Assembly: GCA_963765205.1 (NCBI GenBank)
Contig: CAVXVB010000010.1
Location: 1 to 56,718, forward strand
DNA from: an uncultured Verrucomicrobiae bacterium
Lineage (GTDB): Bacteria; Verrucomicrobiota; Verrucomicrobiia; Opitutales; JABDGR01
Reading direction: 5' to 3'
Length of the DNA: 56,718 nucleotides
The notes beneath the pieces were generated by a model. It was given only the letters and a program-made list of their open reading frames with translations, was not told the origin of the DNA and ran no database searches. Positions 45,682 through 55,900 of the stretch are shown here, piece by piece. The position numbers and the translations under genes are program-made. Within the stretch, counting starts at the first letter, position 1, and each line of letters starts with the position of its first letter.

Positions 45682-45710
45682 GCTATGCTCGAAGCCTCGC
45701 TATGCGAGGC
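45673..45710. repeat. REP-like palindromic element, right island flank
   Basis: AAACCCACGGCTA followed by hairpin GCCTCGC-tat-GCGAGGC (45694-45710), the same architecture as the hairpin at 29957. Confidence 0.55.
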
Positions 45711-45787
45711 AAAGGCGCGCGATGCGCATGGGCAAATGGCAAGAAGTGCGGGTGGGGCCATGGTTAAGTTCACTCACCCTTTGTCGC

Positions 45788-45872
45788 TTCGCCCTTCGTC
45801 TTTCCCCTCCGCCCTTGGCCCCTTCGCCTTTCGTCTTTCACTTCTTAATTCTTAATTCATAATTCTTAATTC
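45788..45872. repeat. Degenerate heptamer tandem repeats
   Basis: TTCGCCC/TTCGTCT/TTCGCCT-type units followed by TTCTTAA TTCTTAA TTCATAA TTCTTAA. Confidence 0.75.
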
Positions 45873-45885
45873 CTCCCCCTCCCCC

Positions 45886-47347
45886 TCACCGCCGCGCGTC
45901 CTTGGCCCATTCGTAAACTTTCACATACTGCTTGGTGCTGGTCGTCCACGAAAAATCCTTTTTCATCCCATTAAGGCGCAGCGCCAGCAAATCCGCCGGG
46001 CGCTCGGTGTAGGTGTCGTAGGCGCGCTGGAGGGCGGAGTGCAGCGCGCCGGCCGTCGGCTCCTGGAACAAAAAGCCCGTCCCCAGCCCGCGGCCCTCCT
46101 GATACGGCTCGACCGTGTCCACCAGCCCGCCCGTGGCGCGGACGATGGGCGGCGTGCCGTAGGCCTGCGAATACATCTGGTTGAGGCCGCACGGCTCGAA
46201 GCGGCTGGGCATGACAAAAAAGTCCGCGCCCGCCTCGATGAGGTGCGCGAGTTGCTCGTCAAAGCCGATATAAGTGCCCACGCGCCCGGGATAATGCCGG
46301 GCCAATTCGCGGAAGGCCTCGGCCAGGCCCGCGTCGCCCGCGCCGAGCACGACGAACTGCGCGCCCATTTCCTTCAGCAAACCGGGCACCAGGGCGGCGA
46401 GCAGGTCCAGCCCCTTTTGCGGGTAGAGCCGCGCGATGGCGGCGAAAATCGGCGTCGCGGTCTGCTGGTGCAGGCCGAAGCGCTGTTGCAGGGCCGTCTT
46501 GCACGCGACCTTGCCGCTCATGTCCATCGGGCTGTAGAGCGCGGGCAACCGCGGGTCGCAGGCGGGATTCCACTCGTCCACGTCAATCCCGTTGGTGACG
46601 CCGATCAGGTCGCCTGCGCGAAAGCGCAGCAGGTCGTGCAGGCCGCAGCCGCCCGCCTGGCCCTGGATTTCCTGCGCGTAATGGCGCGAAACGGTGGTGA
46701 TTTTCGTCGCGTGATACAGCCCGCCCTTCATGAAATTGATCTGGCCGAAGCTCTCCAGATTGTCGGCTGAGAACAGCCAGGCCGGCAGGCCGGCGAAATC
46801 GAGGGTGCCGCGCGGGCTGTAGCCCTGGTCCTCGAGGTTGTGGATGGTGAACACGCTCGCCGCGCGGCCAAGCGGCCAGGGGCCTGTCCACCGTGTTGAG
46901 ATACACCGGCGCCAGCGCGGCGGGCCAGTCGTGCGCGTGGACAATGTCGGGCGTCCATTGATCCGCCCGGCACCAGTCCAGCGCCGCGCGGGTGAGGAAG
47001 ACGAAGCGGTCGGGGTTGTCGCCGTAGCCCGTGCCGTTCTCGCCATAAATGCCGATGCGGCCAAAATAGCGGCCGAACTCGATGAAGTTCATCTCGGCGT
47101 CCGACCCCGGCAGGGGCGTGCGCCAGACGCGGCAAAATTCCTCGATGCCAAAGCCCAGGTGGACGCTGACCACGCCCGCAAACGCGCGCCAGGCCGGGCC
47201 GGGCTTTAAAAACCCATAGAGCGGGCACACCACCCGCACCTCGTGCCCCTGCCCCGCCAATTCCTTCGACAGCGCGCCCACCACGTCGCCCAGCCCGCCC
47301 GTTTTCGCAAACGGCGCCACTTCGGTCGAAATCATCAGGATTTTCAT
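45886..47347 (-). CDS. glgA: Glycogen synthase (~486 aa after correcting a +1 indel in the G4 run at ~46880)
   Basis: EVAPFAKTGGLGDV, HAHDW, VFTIHNL, NGID, QKGLDL, MPSRFEPCGLNQMY, RATGGLVDTV split over two overlapping ORFs. Confidence 0.95.
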
Positions 47348-47401
47348 GGAGAGGGTTTTAGGAATTCACCGCCAGGAAGCGAAGGACGCAAAGGAGGAAT
47401 T

Positions 47402-48580
47402 TTAGGAGTCTGCTGGAGGCGGATTCGCCGCCTTTGGCGTCGGGTGCTCGCTATTCGATGTTGGATGTTCGCTGTTGGAAGTTGAATGTTCCTCGGGGTC
47501 TTCCGGCAGCTTGAGTTTGAAATTCAAGATGGGTAACAACAGCAGAAGCCCGGCCAAGGTCAAGGCCAACACCAGATAGCCTGCGAAATCATGGACGGTG
47601 AAAAGATGGAAGCCCGGGTTCACCGCCGGATGGCCGGCGGCGTCGAGCACCGCGTGGCCGTTGGCGTCCTGCAGGTATTCGGGATGCCGCCAAAAGTCCG
47701 CGTCAATGGCGTTGAATGTATCGGTGTTATAGGCGTAGGCCCAGCCCGTCAAAAACATGCTGCGCACGATGTTCATGCCAAAGGCCAGCACGGCCGCCAT
47801 GCCCAGCAGCGTGACTTTTTTCCAATAGCGATCCATGAACACCGCGGCCAGGAACGAGCCCGCGAACAGGCACGCCGTCAGCGAGCGGATGCCCGAGCAG
47901 GCGTCCGCCACGCCCACGACGCCGTGCGGCAAGACCAGCGTGCTCCCCTCGCGCACGATTTCATAGCCGAGGGCATTGAACAAATTCGAGACGATGCGCA
48001 CCACCCATTCGAGCAGCACGAGTTTCACCCGCGTCCCCAACAATAGCATGAGCGGCGCGGAAATCAGCCAGGCCAGCGCCGGAAACACCAACAGCGCCAC
48101 CACCCGCCCGCGCCGCGGCAGCGTGACCGCGCGGCCCTGCGCGTCCGTCCGCGCCACCAGAAAGCCCATCGCCAGCACAAAGGCGCCCAGCCCCAGGCCC
48201 AGCGCCACCGCGGAGTCGGTGTCCGGCCCGGTCACCGCGCGCAAAAATCCGCCGTAGAGAAACAGCAGCAAACTGCCGCATACCACGAGCGAGGCGAAAA
48301 AATTCAGTCCGCCCGTGAGCGCGTCTTCGGGCAACGCGGGGGTGCCGGGTGCGCCAGCCTCCCCGATGAGGATGGCTTTCAGCGGCGGCCAGCGGTCATT
48401 CAGCACGTAGGCCACAAACACCGGCACCAGGTAGCCAAAGCTGAAATCCTCCTCGGTGCTCCAGTAATTCAACTGGTCGGCAATGACGAGCACGATGAGG
48501 CCCAGCGCCAGCCACGCGGCCCATTGGACCTCGGGCCGCAACCGGGAAAAATCGCCAAGCCGCCGTGCGTTTGCTTCCAT
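47402..48580 (-). CDS. Exosortase/archaeosortase family transpeptidase
   Basis: Multi-pass membrane protein with VADACSGIRSL (Cys), NIVR (Arg) and HDFAG (His); directly downstream of a PEP-CTERM gene. Confidence 0.9.
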   Translation of the reverse strand: MEANARRLGDFSRLRPEVQWAAWLALGLIVLVIADQLNYWSTEEDFSFGYLVPVFVAYVLNDRWPPLKAILIGEAGAPGTPALPEDALTGGLNFFASLVVCGSLLLFLYGGFLRAVTGPDTDSAVALGLGLGAFVLAMGFLVARTDAQGRAVTLPRRGRVVALLVFPALAWLISAPLMLLLGTRVKLVLLEWVVRIVSNLFNALGYEIVREGSTLVLPHGVVGVADACSGIRSLTACLFAGSFLAAVFMDRYWKKVTLLGMAAVLAFGMNIVRSMFLTGWAYAYNTDTFNAIDADFWRHPEYLQDANGHAVLDAAGHPAVNPGFHLFTVHDFAGYLVLALTLAGLLLLLPILNFKLKLPEDPEEHSTSNSEHPTSNSEHPTPKAANPPPADS

Positions 48581-48715
48581 AAGGTGGGGCTAAGCCAAGG
48601 GCAGCGCAAACGCCGCGCTCTTTCAATCTCAAAAGGCTCGGGCGGGCCGCAACTGCGCGAGGTGCCCGCCTTAATTCCACCTTAAACCCGTTTTCAAAGG
48701 CATTTAGCCGGGTTG

Positions 48716-51700
48716 TTAGGCGACCACGGCCGGGGCCGCGCGATTCTTGCGCCGGCGCCATTCGCGCAGCAGGGCCAGGCCGGCCAGGGACGCGCCCGCC
48801 GCCACCGTGCCCGGTTCGGGCACCGCCGTGATGAAAGGCACCACTTCACCGTTCGCGGTGATGACCGCGTCGAAATTGCCCGTCAGGCCGTTGAAACCAA
48901 AGGATGGATCCTGCGGATTGACGAAGATGATTTCCCCGAGCTGCCCGGTGTAGGCGGAGCCGTCGAGGCCCGCAAAATTGGTTTCCGTGGTGCCCCCATT
49001 AAAGGTGATCTGGTCCTGGCCGCCGCCCCCATTGAGGCCTTCCACATAGTTGCCGGAAATATTCGACGCGAAATTGCCGACCCAATTGTAAATGTAGAGC
49101 GTCTGGCCCGGCGTCCAGTTGGCGGTGTTGCTGGCCGCAAAATTGATGATGTTGCTGCCCGACCCGAGGGTGAGGTTCGAGTTGGCCGTCAGCGTCAGGG
49201 TATTCAAGGTTTCCGTAAAACTGGACTGGGCGGCGACGCCATTGGTCGAGGAGAAGGCCGTCAGCCCCGTGCCGCCGGCGTTGGCGGCATTGGTCTCCCA
49301 CGTGCCGCCGTTGAGCACCATGTTGACGCTCGGCCCCAGCGTGTTGTTCGTGTCCGTCAGCAGCGTGCCGCCGGTGTTGACCGTCAGGGTGTTCGAGTTG
49401 TTGATCAAGGCGGTGCCGCCGAGCGTATGTACACTACCGTTGCCGTAGAAGGTGTTGGCGGTCGTGTTGCCTTGCAATTCCAGGATGCCGCTGTTGACCG
49501 TGGTCGTCCCGGTGTAGGTGTTGTTGGTCGTGGCGTTGGAAATGAACAAGGAGCTGCCCGCGCTCATGTTGGCGGCGAGATTCAGGTTGTTCGAGGCTCC
49601 CGCGAGGGGGGTCGAAATCGTCGTGTTGCCCGCGCCCATGAAGGTCAGCGTCGCCCCCGTGCTGGAACTGATGTTGGAGCTGTAGGTGCCCGTGAAGTTC
49701 AGGCTGTTGGCCGCCGTGTTGATCGTCGCACTCGAGTTGGCGATGACGCTGCCGGCCCAGCTGTTGGTGCCATTGACATTCTCCAGCGCCCCCGCTCCGC
49801 CCGGGCCGCTGCCGTTGAGCGTGAGCAGTTCGTTCGGCACGGCGATGGCGGCGTTCCCCGACGTCTGCACCAGTTGCAGTTGCGCCCCGGCGTCCACCTG
49901 CGTGCCTTCGTTCGCCAGATTATTGCTGGCGCCCAAGGCGTTGCTCGCGGTGATAATGAGGGTGCCGCCCTGGACTTCCGCCGAGCCGGTGAAGGAATTC
50001 TGCACCAGGGTGGTGCCGGCATTAATTTGCTGGTTCGTCAGCGCCACGATGCCGTTGCCCGTCTGGATGAAGGAGCCGCCGGTGAGGGTGGCGTTGATGT
50101 CCAAATCGCTCACCACGCCGTCCACCGCGCTCCGGGTGGCATGCGTCACGTTGATGTTCGTCAGCGTGCCGCCCCCCGCGCCGCCCATGTTAAAGTTGCC
50201 GGAAATGAGGGAAGTGTTGCCGTTGGCTTGGATGGTGATGCTCGAATTGCCATTGGTGGCCAGCAGGCCCGTGCCCGTGGTGATGTAGCCCCCATTCATC
50301 GTCAGGTTCGAGATCGTCTGGGCATTGTTGTTGGTGTTGAACTCGCCGCTCTGGTTGACCAGCACCGTGGAGAGGTAATTAATGGGGTGGGCGACGCCGC
50401 TGGCAATTTCCAGAATGGCGGTGTTGCCCGTGCCGGTGGTGGTGCCAATGACGATGTTGCCGAGGATGCCGAGGTTGCCGCCCAGCGCCGGGTTGCTTTG
50501 TCCGATGGTGTAGTTGCTGCCGTTGGAATTGGTGTTCACAATCAGCGTGCCGTTTTGGATGGTCGTCAGGCCGGTGTAGGAATTGGCCGCGGAGTTATAT
50601 TCCACAGTGCCGGCGGTGTTGACGATGACGTTGCCCTGGTTGCCCGTGATGTTCGAGTTGATGAAGGTTTCCGTGCCGGCGTTGCCGATGAACGTCAGCG
50701 TGTTGTTGCCGATGCTGATGTTGCTGATGTTTCCGGCGTAATTAAGCGGTAGCTGGGTAAAGTTGGTCAGGGCGGTGCCGTTGCCGAGGGTGAGGCAGCC
50801 GCTGGTGCCCGCGCCCGAGCTGATGGTCGCGTTGCCACTCAACGCGATGTTGCCGTCCCAGTAGCTGGTGGCGTTCACGGTCGCGGCATTGAGCAGCGCG
50901 GCGGCGGTGACCGTGCCGTTGCCGTTGCCGTTCCCGCTGATGGTCAGCAACGAGCCGGTGCTGCTGCTGTTCCCCGAGCCGGTCTGGTAGCCGTTGTCCA
51001 GTTGCAACGTCGCGCCGCTTGAAACCGTCGTGCCCAGGGCGTTGACGCCGAGGGCGTTGTTGGCGGAAAGCTCCAAGGTGCCGGCGCTGACCAGCGTTGC
51101 GCCGGTGTAAGTGTTGTTGCCGCCCAGCACGAGGTCGCCCGCCCCCGCCTTGGTCAGGCCAAACGCGCCGCTGACCACGCCGTCCAGGGTCAGGGTATTG
51201 CCGGAGACGGTGATGGTCGGTGTCACACCGAGGGTGACATTGCCGGTGCCCAGATTGAGCGAGGCATTGCTGCCGACGTAGGTAAAGCTGCTGTTGAGGT
51301 TGACCGCATTGTTGGTCGCCACGGTCTGGTTGCCGCCGGTGCTGGTGTTGTCAATCTTGCCCCCGTTGATGACCAAGGTGCCCGTGCCCAGCGCGGAACT
51401 CGTGCTATTGCCGCCCTGGTTGATGTCCAAATTGCCATTGGCATTAAGGGTGGTGTTGCCTGTGCCGATATTATTGCCGCTCAACACCAAAGTGCCGTTG
51501 GTGATGATGGTGCCGCCGTTGTAGCTATTATTGCCGGACAAGACCAAAGTGCCGCTCCCGCCGGCCGTGCTATTGCCCAGGGTCAGGGAGAATGGCGAGG
51601 CCTGCGTGTTGACCGCGCCGGTGCTGGTCGTGCTGCCGCCGATGTTGCCGCCCACCGTCAGCGTGTTGCCGCCGACGAAGACCGTCTCATTCTGGCCGAG

Positions 51701-52975
51701 GGCGACCGCGCCCGTGCCCATGTTCAAGGTATGGGTGCCGTTGAAGGTGAAGGAAGTGCCATTCCAAACTTGGGCGACATTATTGGAAAGCGTTGTGAGC
51801 GTCGCATTGGTGTTGTCAAAATTGCCGCTCGTGATCGTGAAGGTGCCCGTGCCCAACGCCGCGGCGCTGTTGAGTTGCAGCGTGCCGCCGTTCAAAATCA
51901 GCCCGCCGCTGAAAGTATTGGTGCCATTGAGCGCCAGCGTGCCGCCGCCAGTCTCGGTGAGACTGAATGCACCCGTGATGGCCCCGGCGATGGTCAGCGT
52001 GCTTGCGCTGTTGGTGAGCACGACATTCGCGCCGAGCGTCGTGCCGTCCGTGCTATTGCCCAGGGTCAGGGTGTTCGAGCCGGTAAACGTCCAGTTGGCG
52101 TTCCAATTCTGGGCATTCGTCACGGCGAGCGCGCCGCTGACGTTCAAAGTGCCGCCATTGATATTCAGCGTGCCGGTGCCCAGGGCGGTCGCACTGCCCA
52201 GCGTGATCGTGCCTTGGTCTAAGTAGGTGGCACCTGTGTAAGTATTGGCACCGGAAAGGCTCAGGTTGCCCGCGCCCGATTTCGTGACGGCAATGCCCCC
52301 TTTGATTATTGCGCTGATCGTCAGGCCGTTGGCGGCGGTCGCGTTCTCCACGAAGATGACGAGTTCATTACCGGCTCCGGCGGTTATGTTACCGGTGCCA
52401 GTGCCGGAAATGGTGGCCCCCGTCGAGTTGGAGGACTCCAGGATGCCACCCGTGTTGATGGTTAGCGCGTGAGTGGTGGTCTCGCTGATCGTCTCGGCCG
52501 TAGTATTGCCTGCTGTATTGTCAAAAGTCAGGGTGCTGACCGTTTCATTCGCGTTCAGGGCCGTGGTGTTGCCGTTATTGAGGAGATCGTTGATCGAGGC
52601 ACTATAAGTGGTGGCGTTAGTGACGTAGCCGCCCGCTACGACGGTCATGGCGGTCACATTGCCGGCGCCAGTTGCTGCGGCGGAACTCGTTGCCCAGTCG
52701 GTGCCGTTGACAGTCATATAGGCGATGCCGTTGGAGGCGGCGCTGACCAGCACGCTCTTCGCAGCCTGAATGGTCAGCGTGCCATTGACGATCTCGGTGG
52801 CATTGGTGGCCCCGACATTGACGGTGCCGCCGGCATTGCGGGTGATCGTGCCTAATAGAATCTCCACGCTGGTTGCGCTGTTCAAGTTCGCGGTGAGGGC
52901 CGAAGCGCCGGCATTGAAGGTCGTGTTGGCGAAGGTCTGGGTGTTGGTGCCGCTGCCATTCACCAACAACGTGCC
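48716..52975 (-). CDS. Large PEP-CTERM-anchored beta-strand-repeat surface protein (5' end lost at the fold-back)
   Basis: C-terminus AVPEPGTVAAGASLAGLALLREWRRRKNR; passenger-type GxNTYTGxT repeats. The first ~43 aa of the listed ORF come from the inverted arm. Confidence 0.9.
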   Translation of the reverse strand, partial: GTLLVNGSGTNTQTFANTTFNAGASALTANLNSATSVEILLGTITRNAGGTVNVGATNATEIVNGTLTIQAAKSVLVSAASNGIAYMTVNGTDWATSSAAATGAGNVTAMTVVAGGYVTNATTYSASINDLLNNGNTTALNANETVSTLTFDNTAGNTTAETISETTTHALTINTGGILESSNSTGATISGTGTGNITAGAGNELVIFVENATAANGLTISAIIKGGIAVTKSGAGNLSLSGANTYTGATYLDQGTITLGSATALGTGTLNINGGTLNVSGALAVTNAQNWNANWTFTGSNTLTLGNSTDGTTLGANVVLTNSASTLTIAGAITGAFSLTETGGGTLALNGTNTFSGGLILNGGTLQLNSAAALGTGTFTITSGNFDNTNATLTTLSNNVAQVWNGTSFTFNGTHTLNMGTGAVALGQNETVFVGGNTLTVGGNIGGSTTSTGAVNTQASPFSLTLGNSTAGGSGTLVLSGNNSYNGGTIITNGTLVLSGNNIGTGNTTLNANGNLDINQGGNSTSSALGTGTLVINGGKIDNTSTGGNQTVATNNAVNLNSSFTYVGSNASLNLGTGNVTLGVTPTITVSGNTLTLDGVVSGAFGLTKAGAGDLVLGGNNTYTGATLVSAGTLELSANNALGVNALGTTVSSGATLQLDNGYQTGSGNSSSTGSLLTISGNGNGNGTVTAAALLNAATVNATSYWDGNIALSGNATISSGAGTSGCLTLGNGTALTNFTQLPLNYAGNISNISIGNNTLTFIGNAGTETFINSNITGNQGNVIVNTAGTVEYNSAANSYTGLTTIQNGTLIVNTNSNGSNYTIGQSNPALGGNLGILGNIVIGTTTGTGNTAILEIASGVAHPINYLSTVLVNQSGEFNTNNNAQTISNLTMNGGYITTGTGLLATNGNSSITIQANGNTSLISGNFNMGGAGGGTLTNINVTHATRSAVDGVVSDLDINATLTGGSFIQTGNGIVALTNQQINAGTTLVQNSFTGSAEVQGGTLIITASNALGASNNLANEGTQVDAGAQLQLVQTSGNAAIAVPNELLTLNGSGPGGAGALENVNGTNSWAGSVIANSSATINTAANSLNFTGTYSSNISSSTGATLTFMGAGNTTISTPLAGASNNLNLAANMSAGSSLFISNATTNNTYTGTTTVNSGILELQGNTTANTFYGNGSVHTLGGTALINNSNTLTVNTGGTLLTDTNNTLGPSVNMVLNGGTWETNAANAGGTGLTAFSSTNGVAAQSSFTETLNTLTLTANSNLTLGSGSNIINFAASNTANWTPGQTLYIYNWVGNFASNISGNYVEGLNGGGGQDQITFNGGTTETNFAGLDGSAYTGQLGEIIFVNPQDPSFGFNGLTGNFDAVITANGEVVPFITAVPEPGTVAAGASLAGLALLREWRRRKNRAAPAVVA

Positions 52976-55900
52976 CGTTGTTGGTGAATGGCAGCGGCAC
53001 CAACAGCCAACCTTCGCCAACACGACCTTCAATGCCAACGGCGCTTGCAGGGCCCTCAGCACGAACTTGAACAGCGCAACCAGCGTGGAGATTCTATTAG
53101 GCATGCCGCCGGGCGCGCGTCAAATGTCGGGGCCACCAATGCCAGCGAGATCGTCGACGAGCCACTCAGCCCATTCAGGCTGCGAAGAGCGTGTGGGTCG
53201 GCACCGCCTGCCAACGGCATCGCCTATATGACTGTCAACGGCACCGAGCTGGCAACGAGTTTGCACCGCGGCAAGCTGGCGCGAGCAATGTGACCGCCAT
53301 GACCCGTCGTAGCGGGCGGCTACGTCACTAACGCCACCACTTATAGTGCCTTCAATGATCTCCTCAATAACGGCAACACCACGGCCCTGAACGCGAATGA
53401 ACGGTCTGCGCCCCTGACTTTAGCAATCCAGCAGGCAATTTCTAGGCCAAGACGATCAGCGAGACCACCACTCCACGCGCTTGACCAGTCACACGGGTGG
53501 CATCCTGGAGTCCTCCAAGAGGGCCTCATTTCCGGCACTGGCACCGGTAACATAACCGCCGGAGCCGGTGATGAACTGGTCATCTTGGTGAGGAACGCGA
53601 CCGCCGCCAACGGCCTGACGATCAGCGCAATAAGTGGAGGACATACCATCACGACAAAAACAACCTGAGCCTTTCCCAGTGCCAATACTTACACAGGTGC
53701 CACCTACTTAGACCAAGGCACGATCACGCTGGGCGGTGCAACACCCTGGGCACCAGCAGGCGACTAGGGATGGCGGACACTTGGACAAGTCTGCGGCGCG
53801 GTCGGCGTGACGGAGGGCCAGAATTGGGAACTGGACGTTTACCCGGCTCGAGAGACACCCTGACCCTGGGCAATGGCGAGCGGACGGCACGACGCTCAGC
53901 ACGAATGTCGTGCTCGCCGACGGCCGGGCGGGCTGAGCATGAGGGGGCCGTCACGGGTGCGTTCGGTCTCACCCAGACTGAAAGCGGGGGCTGGCGCTCA
54001 ATAGGCACCGAATATTTCAGCGGCGGGCTGATTTTGAACGGCAGCACTAGAAGCCGACGGCGCGGCGGCGGTGGGCACGGGCACCTTCCGCGTCACGAGC
54101 AGCAATTTTGACAACACCAAAGATGCGACACTCCACAACGCTTTCCAATAATGTCGCCCAAGTTTGGAATGGCACTTCCTTCAGCTTCGACGGCACCCAT
54201 AACTGAACATGGGCACGGGCGCGGTCGGCCTCGCGCAGTAGGAACGGTGTTCGTCGGCGGCCGGGCTTGGCTCGGTGGGCGGGGGCGTGGGCAGGCGGCG
54301 CGGCGCGCGCGCGGCCGGTGAGCCGAGCCTCACCGTGGGCCTGACCCTGGGCGATAGCATTTCGTCGGGGGCTGGGGTCAATCCGGCAATAATAACTACA
54401 ACAGCAGCGAAACGTGACCAACGGCACTTCGGTCTTGCAGCAAGGCAATGAGTGTACCCGGCACCGCGTCCACGCTAATGCCAATGGCAATTTGGACATC
54501 GACCAGGGCGGCGATGGCACAAGTTAAAGTCGGGCACGGGCACCTTGGCCGTGGACAGGAGCAAGATGGACAACACCAGCACCGGCGGCAGCCAACCGTG
54601 ACAACCAGACAATGCGGTCAACCTCAACAGCAGCTTCTATTTACGTCGGCAGCAATGCCTCGGCTCAATCTGGGCACCGGCAACGTCACCATATCTGGCA
54701 ATACCCTGACCCTGGACGGCGTGGTCAGCGGCGCGTTTGGCCTAGACCTAGGCGGGGGCGGCAACCTCGTGCTGGGCAGCAACAACGCTTACAGCCACAG
54801 AACGCTAGGTCAGCGCCGGCACCTTGGAGCTTTCCGCCAACAAAGCGCCTGGCGTCAACGCCCTGGGCACGACGGTTCCAGGGGGGAAACTGGACAACGG
54901 CTACCGAGCCCGGCTCGGGGAACAGCAGCAGCACCGGCTCGTTGGGCCATGCACCAGCGGGAACGGCAACGGCAACGCGGCACGGTCACCGCCGCCGCGC
55001 TGGGATGCCGCGACCGTGAACACCACCAGCTACTGGGTGGGAGTTCGGTCAGCATTGAGTGGCAACGCGACCATCAGTTTGGGCGCGGGCACCAGCGGCT
55101 GCCTCACCCTCGGCAACGGCACCGCCCTGACCAAGCTTACCCAGCTAGCGCTTATTACACAGGAACATATTCAGCATCAGCATCTGCAACAACACGCTGA
55201 AACATCGAGTGGGAAACGCCGGCACGGAAAGCTTCATCAACTCGAACATCTTCGGCAGGAGCAACGTCATCGTCAACACCGCCGGCGCTGAAGGTGAACT
55301 CAACAGGAAAACACGCGGCCTGACGACCACGTCCGAAACGGCACGCTGATTGTCTGGACGCCAATTCCAACGGCAGCGACTACACCATCGGACAAAGCGA
55401 CCCGGGCGCTGGGCGGCAACCTCGGCATCCTCGGCAAAAACGTCATTGGCACCACCACCGGCACGGGCAACACCGCCATTCTGGAAATTGCCAGCGGCGT
55501 GGCCCGGGCCATTAATTACCTCTCCACGGTGCTGGTCAACCAGAGCAGCAAGTTCAACACCAACAACAATGCCCAGACGATCTCGAACCTGACGATGAAT
55601 GGGGCTGCGTCACCACGGGCACGGGCCTGCTTCGGCCACCAATGGCAATTGGAGCATCACCGTCCGAGCCAACGGCAACACTTCCCTCATTTTGCGGGCA
55701 ACTTTTGACGTCGGCGGCGCGGCTGGGGGCGCCGCTGACGAACATCAAAGCATGAATCCCCAGCCGGAGCGCAGTGGTTGGCGTGGTGAGCGATTTGGAG
55801 AAAACGCCACCCTCACCGGCGGCTCCTTCATCAAGACGGGCAACGGCATGGTGGCGACGGGGGGTGCCGGCGCCGCCCTCGTGCGAGTTCCTTCCGCCCC

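Noticed and set aside
30312..47347. Pseudogene calls for NLR1, kinase-DHH and glgA
   Set aside because: Only isolated 1-bp indels with intact motifs on both sides, at a rate similar across the whole contig; more consistent with read error.
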